Shown: positions 1 through 12,118, counted from the stretch's first letter. The stretch is DNA of 64,000 bases from the human T2T-CHM13v2.0 reference genome, Homo sapiens (GCF_009914755.1 NC_060936.1), one strand, 5' to 3'. Made by a program: numbers and translations. Notes: a model not told the origin generated them from the sequence alone.

Positions 1-429
1 CTCTGAACTGGCCAAAATAGAGAAGAGAACGAGGTTTGAAAGGGAGGTGAAGATGACAGTGACCTCCTTTAGGGTAGGTTATTCTTCACGGCGGTGCCTC
101 AGTACCCAGAACATAACATGTGCTCAGAAAATGTTGCATTAAAGATCCAATGTTAAAAAAAAAGAATCTAATGTAATAAAAAGATTTTCTCCTCCAAAGT
201 GTTTTATGAAGTCATATACGACACATTTTCCCAACTCTATTATAGAGGACTTTTAGACTAATAGTATCATAGAATCTCAAAGCTACCAGGAAATTTTAAA
301 GATTCTTAGTTCAACCGCTTTCTAATTAGACAGTAAACCTGTGAGCACAGCACTCATGTCTGTTCTGTTCAGTAAATCCTGGACACCCAGGAGCTGGCAA
401 GTATAGGCATTGAATAAACATTTGATTCT

Positions 430-1700
430 GTTTTCAGGGCTTGCTTTTCTTCAATCATGTTTCTATCATAAGGACATCCGATAGAGGACCACTAATACTG
501 GAGGTCTCATGCTTGATTAAACAGTCTTCCAGTCTCTGTCTGAGAAAGTCCTCTCTTGTAGTGAGCTGAAATGTGACTCCCTGTAATTTTCACATGTCCT
601 TGTTTCTCTGTTTCTGAGGCTAACTCTTCTTCCATAGCACAATCTTTAGTCTTCCTTAACCACAGTTTCCTTTTCTTTTCTGACATGGTTTTCAGATCCT
701 TTGCTATCCTGATCACTTTTGGACATATTCAGTTTGTCCAAAGACCTTGCTATGTCTTGAATGCCTCCTCCAAAACTCATGTTGAAACTTAATCCCCAAC
801 ATGGCAGTATTGAGAGGTAGGGCCTTTAAGAAGTGATTGGGTCTTGAGGGCTCTGACCTCATGAATGGATTAACTCATTCATGGATTAATGGGTTGATAG
901 ATTGATGGGATATCATGGGAAGGGATCTGGTGGCTTTATAAGAAGAGAAGGAGAGACCTGAGCTAGCATGTTAGCGCACTCAGCCCCCTCACCAGGCACT
1001 GTCTTAGGATGCTAGAGTCCCCTCCAGCAGGAAGGCTCTCACCACAAGCACCCCCTTAAACTTGGACTTCCCAGGCTCCATAACTGTAAGAAACACATTT
1101 ATTTCCTTTATAAATGACCCAGTTTCAAGTATTCTGTTATAAGCAACAGAAAATGGACTAAGACAGACCTGTAGGCGAGTTCAAAGATGTGTTTTGGCCG
1201 TGACAAAAAAAAAAAAAAAAATGAAAGGCAATCTCACATCGTTCCTTCAAGAAAATTAAGTTTCTATTAATATTAAGCTAAGATTATTCAGATGTTTTTA
1301 GCCATGTCTCACTACTGACTCACATATAGTTTCTCATTAATTATTTTTAATTAGGTATAGCCTCAGTATTTGAAGTTTGAGTAGAAAGAGAAGCAGAGTT
1401 TTACATGTGTTTCTGCCAAAGTCAGATCTGCTCTATCACTTCTTATGCAATCAGTGTATTGAATTGTGTTAGAGCCTTGAATTTATCCCTGTTAAATGCC
1501 ACAGCAACATGCTTTACAAGAGTTTCAAATGTTTTTGCATCGTAACTTTGATATCAGAATCTTTTTTGACTCTCCCATTTTGTTGTTGTCCTCATATCTA
1601 ATGGGTAAAGTATACTTGAAAGAAAGTGGCAATCACTATGATTTTATGAGCCAGGGTCTCTTAAAAAACATTTTCACAGATTTAGTACCCTGGTAGGTAA
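430..1700 (-). mobile_element. Degenerate L3/CR1 LINE fragments, interrupted by the MST LTR
   Basis: Segments such as 'gacatggttttcagatcctttgctatcctgatcac' and 'atttatccctgttaaat' resemble the L3 consensus. Highly diverged; boundaries approximate. Confidence 0.5.
748..1165 (+). mobile_element. Solo MaLR LTR, MST family (MSTC/D-like)
   Basis: Ends TGCTATG...CTAAGACA; typical MST body; perfect 5-bp TSD GACCT at 743-747 and 1166-1170. Confidence 0.92.
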
Positions 1701-1749
1701 CCAACGAGTTACAAAGCAGCACATCTCACTAAAAAGAAAATTTTGCAAA

Positions 1750-1925
1750 AATTGAAACTGTTCCGCCCTGAATGAGTTGCCTTCTAAGATATTTCCTGAT
1801 CACTGGTAGGTGTAGACAGACAGGATAACCATCTGTCCAGGATGTTTTACTGGGAATTCCTGCACTGGGTGGGACTTTAGACTAGATTACCTCCAAAGAT
1901 ATTTTCAGCTCGTAGATTCCATGTA
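1750..1925 (+). mobile_element. MIR3/L3 3'-end fragment
   Basis: 'gactagattacctccaaag...agattccatg' resembles the CR1-type 3' tail. Confidence 0.5.
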
Positions 1926-4900
1926 CAGTACACATTTACTATTAATAGCCTACATTGGATTTTTTTATCATCCCATAGCTGAGAGGACATTACATTTTCC
2001 CGTGAACTAGTTATAATATAATTCCCCACACGATGGTGTCTGGGGGATGTATTTTTGGAAATTTTAAACCACTCTATGTTTCTGATATGTTCCATTTAAG
2101 TGGGGGTTAAGTTTTATCTTAACAGGAAAAAATGAAGGCTGAATGATTATTTGTTGTCAAATACACATTATTAACAATTACAATCATTGGTATGTACATA
2201 ATGAGTTTATGGGTGTTCATCTGCTGGTTAAGAGCACAACCTGTCTTGCTTCTCATCAGATTTAATCATCCATCTCTACTCTCATCTATCAATTCATCTG
2301 TTCCTCCTTCTTAGTTAATATAAATTATGGCTCTTTTGAAATAGCTAGTAATTGTGCAACTAGCTTAGAAAGTTGTAGCCCTCAAACCTAGATTGTCATC
2401 CTATAGTATAAGAAACTGCTTTGAGGCTAGAAGGAAAAAGGAAATTACAGTATTAAAACTCCACTAAGAAAAATGCCAAATTCTAGCCTATTATTTATTA
2501 TGTGCTCTAATGCAGAACTCAGAACTTTTCCAGATGAGCATACATTTGATTAAACATAACTTCTGAATCCTCTAGTGGATTATTAGGGTGGTCTGGCTCT
2601 CTTTGAGAAGCAGTAATGGATTCCTATGTTATCACTTAGTGGAAGACATTTAAGAAATTTCAGCAGGTGATAAATGAAGCAAAAGTGATATTTAAATTGA
2701 GGGAAAGAATGAATGGCTCTTTCCAGATCTTATTTCTGGGGTCAATATGGTAAAAGCATTTAGAAATGTATGTATTTTTTTCTTATTTTTTTAAAATTTA
2801 CATCTATAGAGAATGCTAACTAGCTAAACTTGAAAGATGATTCACTTTGTTTAATTTGGATTAAATAACCCTTCTAGCTGTATGTTTTTTCTAATTATAG
2901 GGTCCCATTTTACATAACCAATTTGAAGCATCTCTGATTCAGCTCTGAACTCTAGAGTTTGTGCTATTCTCTACTTTCTCCATTGTGGTTTTACTAGTTC
3001 ACTCTAGTTTGACATTGAGAAATGGAATCAGTCCACTGGAACAACTTCCATTCTTACAGGAAACTCTGATGACACTCAGAGTGCTCTTCATTGGGTGCAA
3101 TGGTGAAGAGTCTTAGCAGAACTCTTAGACTTATGTGTGGAAAAGTTTTAGCCATGTTACAGTGATGGCCAGAGATTTATTACCATTTCACTGATTTTAG
3201 GAAATATTGTCCTTTCATGGAAGACCCTGGAAATTCACGGGCTCTTTCTAGAATAATCTGAAGTTTTCTCTTTCTGTTGGCATTTTGCTTACTGAGGTCA
3301 CAGCTAATTAGTAGCCTACTTAGAAGAGGAATTTCTTTTCTTCTCTGGCAGCCAGTAGAATCTCATTGGATTGTAGCTGATAAAACAATCTTCTCTTTAG
3401 TGATAGTCTGTATTCTAATTGTACTTATGAGGCCTGTAGGTTATGGTTAAAATTAAAACACAATAAATAGAATAAATTTAATACATTAGCAACTATGCAA
3501 AACAGCAGCCACAAGTGACATGGATTTGTTTCTGTGTCCTAAAACTCAGTAGTATATTAGTGCAACATAATTACAGTAATCCTATGATGTTCTGCCATAC
3601 AATGGCATCTCCAACTATATGAGCTCCTTCTGTCACTAGGGTTTATTTCTAGCGCTTCTCATATTTCAGAGTAACAAAGGTATTTAGCAGTGTTTCCTCT
3701 GGGCTTGGATGCAGTGTTTTGTAAATTGATTTTCATCCATATTCATATCAGGGCTAAATCAGAGAAACAAGGAACTTGACTTTCTACTGGAGAAGAGCTA
3801 AATTGAGTATAAAGATTGAGCATTAATGTGTGTGTAGTCTTTTCTCTGACAAGTTAAGGGGGCTTTGGTAGACAGTAGGAATGATTTAACCTTGGCAGTG
3901 TCTTCTGTTCAGAGTGTAGCTTATTTGGAAGTAACAGGCTAGAGGACTTCAGCCTTATGGGTTTCTTAATGGAAGTCTTCTTTCTTGAATAGAGAATATT
4001 ACAGTTTGTGGATAGAAGCTTCAAAAGGATATGAATCATGAAGGTTTAACTTACGGTAACGGGTGGGACTCTTATACCTAGTTTAGAATCAAAGAACTTG
4101 TAAAAAAAAATTGGCCTTCTTATGGGCTAATTATCTAGCTACAATTTCTACAGCATTTTTGAATGAGGTATGACTGACTCCTCTACAGATGACAATTTAT
4201 CTTTGCACTGTCAGAAAGGCAGCCTGGTTTAGTAGTCGCATGTCATCTATAAGACCTGTAGGCTTTTGTGAGATTAAGCTACTCATGACCTTCTAAATGT
4301 CGTCCCAGTCTCTGATCTATATCCATTGCTCTCCATCCCTTCCTCCTCACCTTCTCCTCCAGCACCCTGTGGATGTTCCCCCACTTCAGGAGTCTGGCTC
4401 TCAGAGGATTTGTTTACACTACCAGTGTGGCATGTGTAACATGACCTGGACATCCAGTCCATGACAGTAGTTTTTGGTCTTGCTCTATTATCAGCAAATA
4501 TTTCTGAGCACTCATCACTAAAATATGTATTCTTATTTTTAAATTATGTAAGCATACTATATAGTACTGCATTTTATACATAAAACATATACAAATTTAA
4601 AATGATAAAAATTAAAAAACAGTGTAACTGGAAAATCTATTATTTTATTCTGTGTACCAAAAGATCATCTTCCACATTTCCTGGAAAGTCTGCCCCTCAC
4701 TTTGGAGAACCTGTACTGTAGTACTGGTAGTTATAATTGTGTCCTCTAACTAGATGTGCACTCTGTAAGGGTACGGAGTATGGTTAATTCAATTTTGTAT
4801 CCATGAAAGTTATCATAGCATCTTGGACATTATAATAACTTAATGATCCCTATTTTGAATGAATTAACAATTTCTACCTCTGCATCTTTTTTTTTTCATT

Positions 4901-5116
4901 AGTGCTCCTCTCAAAAATATTTCTCCTTCCCTTCCTTTTCACCTGGCCAAAGTCTACCTGTCACCCAAGTCAAGGCCAGGTTTTTTTTTTTATTTCCTAT
5001 GAATTTTTTCCTGTCACTCTAAATCTCATGTAATCTTTCTTCTCACCTATAGAAATTACTGACTCTGCTGTTCACTTAACATATCGCATTCATTGTCGGT
5101 GACAGATGACATTTTC

Positions 5117-6330
5117 TCCTTCACTTATGAAGCTTAGTTTGGCTGGATATGAAATTCTTGGTTGAAAATTCTTTTTTTTAAGAATGTTGAATATTGGCCC
5201 CCACTCTCATCTGGCTTGTAGGGTTTCTGCCGAGAGATCTGCTGTTAGTCTGATGGGCTTCCCTTTGTGGGTAACCCAACCTTTCTCTCTGGCTGCCCTT
5301 AAGATTTTTTCCTTCATTTCAACACTGGTGAATCTGACAATTAAATTGTGTCTTGGGATTGTTGTTTTTGAGGAGTATCTTTGTGGTACTCTCTGTATTT
5401 CCTGAATTTGAAAGTTGGCCTGCCTTGCTAGGTTGGGAAAGTTCTACTGGCTAATATCTTGAAGAGTGTTTTCTAACTTGGTTCCATTCTCCCCATCAAT
5501 TTCAGGTACACCAATCAAACGTAGATTTGGTCTTTTCATTTGGTCTTTTCACATAGTCCAATATGTCTTGGAGGCTTTGTTCATTTCTTTTCACTCTTTT
5601 TTCTCTAATCTTGTCTCTGGCAGGTGTCTCCCAGTCAGGCTACAGGGGGTTCAGAGACCCACTTGAGGAGACTGTTATTGGAGCTCGAACACTGTGCTGG
5701 GAGAACCACTGCTCTCTGCACACCTGTCAGACAGGGATGTTTAAGTCTGCGGAAGTTGTCTGCTGCCTTTTGTTCAGCTATGCCCTGCCCACAGAGGTGG
5801 AGTCTAGTGAAGCAGTAGGCCTTGCTGAGCTGCCGTGGGCTCTGCCCCGTTTGAGCTTCCCGGCCACTTTGTTTACCTATTTAAGCCTCAGCAATGGTGA
5901 ATGCCCCTCCCCCTGCCAGGCTGCAGCCTCGCAGGTTGATCTCAGACTGCTGCGCTAGCAGCGAGCAAGGCTCCGTAGGCGTGGGACCTGCCAAGCCAGG
6001 CACGGGAGGGAATCCCCTGGTCTACCGGTTGCTAAGACTGTGGGAAAAGCACAGTATTTGGTCAGCAGTGTTCCATTCCTCCAAGTACAGTTTGTCACAG
6101 CTTCCCTTGGCTAGGAAAGGGAAATCCCCTGACCCGTGTGCTTCCCCGGTGATGTGACGCCCCACCCTGCTTTGGCTCACCCTCCGCGGGCTGCATCCAC
6201 TGTCCAACCAGTCCCAGTGAGATGAACCAGGTACTTCAGTTGGAAATGCAGAAATCACCTGTCTTCTGGGTCAATCACACTGGGAGCTGCAGACCGGAGC
6301 TGTTCCTATTCGGCCATCTTGGAAGCCACT
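5117..6330 (-). mobile_element. L1PA6-like element: 5'UTR plus part of ORF1, internally deleted, 3'-truncated, no poly(A)
   Basis: Co-linear with the full-length L1 at 61590-62068 and 62627-63360. 5' end CCAAGATGGCCGAATAGG is intact. 14-bp TSD CAGATGACATTTTC at 5103-5116 and 6331-6344. Confidence 0.93.
5894..6157 (+). CDS. ORF0: L1 antisense ORF0 homologue (87 aa), open frame
   Basis: MVNAPPPARLQPRRLISDCCASSEQGSVGVGP... aligns to L1 ORF0 (MAGAPPPASLPPCSLISDCCASNQRDSVGVGP...). Start context gcaATGg is a good Kozak match. No evidence of expression. Confidence 0.6.
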   Translation: MVNAPPPARLQPRRLISDCCASSEQGSVGVGPAKPGTGGNPLVYRLLRLWEKHSIWSAVFHSSKYSLSQLPLARKGKSPDPCASPVM

Positions 6331-6840
6331 CAGATGACATTTTCATGCTGGTATATATCTTCCCAGATACATTGCAAGCTCTTCTTTATTTCCTTATCTG
6401 TAACTCACTAGCTTCCTTTTGCTATATTTATTTAAAAGTCATTCTATAAATATTCATTGAACAGATGACAAAGCTATCAATTCACTCAGCTACCCTTTTG
6501 ACTCAAAATTGTCGTAAGTGTGTTTGGCATTTTGTTTTCTCATAGATGTTTAAAAACAGCTGTTCTTCCTCCAGAGCTCCCCACTAGCTGTTATTTTCAA
6601 TACTCAATTTGCAAAAAAATTTGCCATAAATTGAGGAAAAAAACTGGAGAACACAATGTAAAAAATAAGCCTCTTAAGCATGCGCATAGAATTATGGTTC
6701 TGCCATAACAGAATTAGTGGGTTTTAGATTCCTTGAGACACAATAATATGTATTTTAGACTATCCAGACATATCAAGCCAATGCTTTGGAAACTGACTAA
6801 AGAATTAATGTACCTGGTTTGTCTTAAAACAATTGGTTAT

Positions 6841-7590
6841 AGATGCAAATCAAAACCACAATGAGATACCATGTCACACCAGTCAGAATTGCTATTACAA
6901 AAAAGTCAAAAAATAACAGATGCTGGGGAGGTTGTGGAGAGAAAGGAATGCTTATACATTGTTGGTGGTAGTGTAAATTAGTTCAGCCATTATAGAAAAC
7001 AGTCCAAGGTTTCCTCAAAGACCTAAAAATAAAAATACCATTTCACCCAGCAATCCCTTTACTGGGTACATACCCAAAGGAATATAAATTGTTCTATTAT
7101 AAAGACACATGAACATGTATGCTTGCTGCAGCACTGTTCACAATAGCAAAGATATGAAATCAGCCTAAATGCCCATCAATGGTAGAATGAGTAAAGAAAA
7201 TCTGGTACATATGCACCATGGAATACTATACAACCATGAAAATGAATGAAATCATGTCCTTTGTAGGAATATGGATGGAGCTGGAGGCCATTATCCTTAG
7301 CAAAGTAATGTAAGAACAGAAAACCAAGTACTGCATGTTCTCATTTATAATGGGAGCTAAATGATGAGAACACATGGACACATAGAGGGAAACAGTACAC
7401 ACTGGGGCCCATCAGAGGGTGGAGGGTGGGAGGAGGAAGAGGATCAGGAAAAATAACTGTGGGTACTAGGCTTAATACCTGGGTAACAAAATAATCTGCA
7501 CAACGAACCCCCATGACGCAAGTTTACCTATGAAACAAACATGCACATGTACTCTTGAACTTAAAAGTTAAATAGAAAAAAAAGAAATAA
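6841..7590 (+). mobile_element. 5'-truncated L1PA15/16-like 3' end
   Basis: ORF2 C-terminus (ATGCAAATCAAAACCACAATGAGATACC), 3'UTR and A-rich tail; TT/AAAA endonuclease site at 6824-6829. Confidence 0.9.
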
Positions 7591-7742
7591 ACAAGAGTTC
7601 TAGAGAAGGATGGTAGAGTTGATTGCACAACAATGTGAATGTACTTAATGTCACGGAACAACAAACCCCCATGTTTACCTATCAACAGACCTGCACATGT
7701 ACCCCTGAACTTAAAACTTAAGAAACAAACAAACAAGCAAAC
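7591..7742 (+). mobile_element. L1MB-like 3'UTR piece followed by a second L1PA 3' tail with a (CAAA)n tail
   Basis: 'gttctagagaaggatgg...tgcacaacaatgtgaatgtacttaatg' (L1MB-like), then 'tttacctat...cctgcacatgtacccctgaacttaaaa' (L1PA tail). Confidence 0.8.
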
Positions 7743-8609
7743 AAACAACTGCTCATGCCTTTCTATGTTCAAACGCTCTGTATAAGATCTAAATTCCTAA
7801 GTTCTGAGAATCCCCTTCATTCAGAAGACTCTGGTGTTTTCTTTGGGCAGCTCCTTGGATGTGAGCTCTCAGCATATGTGATGTATAGATTAGGAATTCA
7901 AGAGCCTTAGATATTGGCAGCCAAACCAAAGGAGGCAGAGTTCATATAAATAAGACTTCAGCAAAATCTTCAACAAAAGTGATTTCTGTCTGATTACATA
8001 AGTATGGTAATGAGTTCTGGCTTTAATTCCGGTATACTTTCTGCAACCCTGGTTCATGCTCACATAGAGAAATAAGGAAAGCATTTTTAAGCTTAATAAA
8101 AACATTTCTAGTTGCCTGGAGCCCAGAAATAATTACAATTTCACCTTCATGTTCTAAAACTGTATGATTTCTTTCCATCAAAAGTCTAGTAGCATTTTTT
8201 ATTCTGTATGGATGGTGCTTAATAAATGCTTGTTGGATGACTTAGAGTAGAAAATAAATGTGTTTATTGATGAGGGAATGATATTCATGTTCTACAAAAT
8301 ATCCCATTTCTCCCTCAGTATGTATCTTGGCAGAGTTAATTAATATATTCCATTTGTTTCTAAAAGGATTTGAAGATATATTCTTCTATTTTATCCTCAC
8401 AATCGCCCTCAAAGGTAGGTGGGGCAGGTCTTATCCATCAGTAAATAGGTGACAAAATTGGGCCCAGATAGACTTGAACACTTCTAGTCTTAGTCTTGGA
8501 GATTCTTTCTCTAAAAGCTATGTATGTGTGTGATGGGGCAGGAAAAGAGAAGAAAAAAAACACTCGTATGATGTGCTGATGGCATTTAGATGTACAGCGG
8601 GAGGGAAAG

Positions 8610-8836
8610 CAGGGTTTCTCAACCTCAGCACGACCAACGTTTTGGGCTAGATTCCTGCTGTGGGAGGGTGCCCTGTGCATTGTGGCATTTTCAGCATCAT
8701 CCATGGTCTTTATACAGGAGCAGTTGGATGCCAGTAACAGTTTCCTCACTCCCCAGTCATGACTTTCAAAAAATGTCTCAAGACATTGCCAGGTATTCCC
8801 TGGGCAGTCAAGCTGGCCCCCCATTGAGGACTCCTG
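8610..8836. mobile_element. MER20 (hAT-Charlie DNA transposon fossil)
   Basis: Terminal inverted ends CAGGGTTTCTCAA...TTGAGGACTCCTG; internal 'aaaaatgtctc..gacattgcca'. Confidence 0.85.
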
Positions 8837-9596
8837 AAGTAAAAGGGAAACACAAATGGCTTAGAATTTCCCAGGAAACATAGAAGAAGCCAGAATCAGA
8901 CCTCTTAATTTGGTCACTTGTTTTGTTAACCATTTATTGAGTTCTTATTATATATGTAAGCTATCATAAGTTACTAGAGGCGGTATAAAGACTGGGAGGA
9001 CGTGACTCATCCAAGGAGAAATTTACAGTCTGGTAAAGAAGGAAAAGGTCATGTGGACAATTGTGATAGGTGTTTATTGAATGCCTACTGAATGCAAGGT
9101 ACTATACTAATTATGTTCCCTTTTATGGCAAGACTCAAATGGGGATAAAGTACACAGAAAAAAACAGTGCTGTAGGGATATTTTCTATGCACAAAGAGTT
9201 TTCAAACTAGAAGGGGGAAAAATGGAAAGAACTAGAAAAGAACAACATTGAGTGGAAAATAAAATGTGGCTGCTTTTAAAAAGTTATAATAAAATGATTA
9301 ATGTGATTCTGAAAATTACAGGAATTTTCAAAAGCAGAGCTAGAGAAGTAGGAGGAAGTTTTAAGCATATGGGAATAGAGGTGGGCTGTGGGGAAGAAAT
9401 TCTAGATCAGAGGAGCAAAGGCATGGGGTACCCAGATTAAATACTCTTGGATTTTCTCAAACCTACTACACATTTCCATCACATTTTACTCTATTTTATT
9501 TGCAATTTTGATGACCCTAAGTCTACCTGTTCTTCAGCATCATGATTTTCTCTCCTCTACTGATCTTGATGTTTATTTTTTAAACTCATTTTTAAC

Positions 9597-9710
9597 TTAG
9601 ATGACGGGTTGATGGGTGCAGCAAACCACCATGACACACGTCTACCTATGTAACAAACCTGCACATTCTGCACATGTATCATGGAACTTAAAGTAAAATT
9701 TAAAAAAATT
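9597..9710 (+). mobile_element. Very short L1PA 3' end
   Basis: 'gatgacgggttgatgggtgcagcaaaccaccatg...gaacttaaagtaaaa'. Confidence 0.85.
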
Positions 9711-10616
9711 TCCTTATTATAAAAGTAACATAGATTTAGAAATGATAATAAAATGAAAATGATAAAATACACACAATCCTACTACCTAGACGAAAACCCT
9801 CTTTAGAGCTTACGCTCATTAAACTGCTTCATAATGTCATTTTTTGCTTAGCACAATATTATGAACATGTTTTCCCATTTGAATAAATTCACATCTGCAG
9901 CACCTTTCAGTGATTAAATATGTCTGTTATTTAGGTATATCCTCATTTATCAACAACTCTTCTATTACTAGTTTTTCTTATTGCTTTAAACTTCTCTTTA
10001 TCACAGGCAAGGCTAGAATAATTTTTATTACAGCTACATTTTCCTTAATTACTTTCTTAGAATAATTTCTCAGTAGTTTCCAATATTTTCACCCTCAAGG
10101 ACTCCTTTTACTGGGTCACATGTTTTGAAAGATACAATCTACCAAACTACATTTGGTATGAAAAAATTTAGTTTACTATTTTTTAATTAACCAAAGACTT
10201 TGATAACTACTTATCAAAACTTTGGGTCAGCTGAGATTTAAAAACGGATATTTACTGCATTAAGATGATATAATTCCAGCCTAAAGCAAAGAACCTTGAT
10301 ATGAAAGTTAGCCTCTGCAGCCTTATCTTAAGGAACTAGATTCTTTCTGTGAGATTTTCTGTAATATTAAAATTCACTTGTAGACACCCTTTTCCCACAT
10401 TTGCGACTGCTCAAAGTTAGGGCTGAAATACTTCAAGTCGGTGAGTTGCTTTAAACTGCAAAAGAGAAATATAGGCATGATTGTCTAATTACATTAAATG
10501 TTTACTCTATTTTCTGTGGCCTGATGGTAGATTTCACATAATTGCTTTTTATCTGAAAACACCTTGTGCTTGGAATAAATTACTGGAGAACAAGGTTTTA
10601 GTTTGATGTGGGTTCC

Positions 10617-10638
10617 TTTTTTTTTTTTTTTTTTTTTT
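10617..10638. repeat. Poly(T) tract
   Basis: 22 consecutive T. Confidence 0.95.
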
Positions 10639-11914
10639 AAGTGGTCCAAGTAGATTATTTCTGACAGTCTGTGAACAAGAGTAGCCAAACGCAGGGAGTC
10701 CTGAAGTTACCCTTCAAATGTGTGTTCATGTATACAACCTATTCTGTCCCTTGCCAGAGAGTGGCAGCTGCAGGGCTAATCTATAGAGAAGCTGAGAACC
10801 TCACTCATTTCCAAAACTGAATTCACTTTGGCCATTGCTGCTTGTCAGTTACATTGCTTCGTTTAATGGTATGATGTCCAGAATAGCTCTCTGGAACCAA
10901 ACAAGAAGGAAAGAACTTCAGTGCTTACTTGGACATTCTAAATTTAGATCATTTTCTAACTGTTTACTGCCAGTGGGTTAAATGGTTTGGCTCCTGGACT
11001 GAAGTTTGGGTTACAGAATTCTTAGGCGGGTCCCTTCTTGCAGCATTCTGAATTCTGATTAGGCTTTGCAGCGGCTGTGCATATGCATGATGGTGCTGGT
11101 GGAATGGTTCCCAGGACTGTTCCAGCATTCATTTCAGGACAGATTTTTCAGTGTGGGTCTTCTATATGATGGTGAGTCAGGCGGTGCAGTGGTAGAGAGC
11201 GTCAGTATTGAGCAGTCTCAACTGAAGCCGTGATTGGCGGCTTGCCATGATGTCTGATGACACAGTATCTGCCACGCTGGGGGCATTTTACACCTAGCAT
11301 CTAGATATTAATTTGTTAACATTTTGGGAAACATTTGAAATTACACTGTAATCTTGCTGTTTCTTAGACAGTAAATTCCAGCATAGAGTGGGCTGCTGGT
11401 TTCCTGTTGAAGGGATCTTAAGCCTTGAAGCATCCAAAGAAATTCATTTAGGCAGCCCAGTCACCTAGAAAGCAGGCTTACTGCATGGGCTCTGTGTATG
11501 GCATCAGAGTGAGACTTCCTGTTATAGAATTGTTAAAGGACCATAACAAAGATAGAGTCAAGTTGGAGAGGGCTTGGACACATCCAGATTTCTGCCAATG
11601 CCCTCTGGGGTCCCTTGGGGCAGTAGCTGCCTAGGGCAGTGAGCCTCTGGGCTTTGTCTTCCTCTGAATTCCATAATGAATATCCAAAACCTTTTGTTTA
11701 GTAAAAAGAATTTTGTTGCAAAAAATTGCAATAAAAGAACAACAAAAATAAATAAAAGCAAAGCCTTCAAAACTCGGATATGAAATAGCCAGTAAGTATA
11801 CACAGAAACTGAGGCGAAGAAGTGTCAAAAATTCACACTTAAGTTCAAAGACTATAAGTTCAAGGACCACAATTGGACCTAGATCTCACCAGATTTTTGT
11901 CCACAACTCTTTTT

Positions 11915-12118
11915 GCCACCTTTTTCCCACCCTCCTCCCTCCCTCCTCTGCCCTCCTCTTGCTCCTCTCCTTCCTCCTTTTCATCACCTTCCTCCTCTTA
12001 TTCTTTTTCTTATTTCTCTTCCTCTCTATTCTTACTCTTACCTTCTTCCTCCTCTGGTTCATCTTCTTCCCTCTCCCTCTTCCATTTTTCCCCTGCCTTC
12101 TTTTTCTTCTCTCTCTCT
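11915..12118. repeat. CT-rich polypyrimidine low-complexity tract
   Basis: About 200 bp almost entirely C/T on the + strand. Confidence 0.9.
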
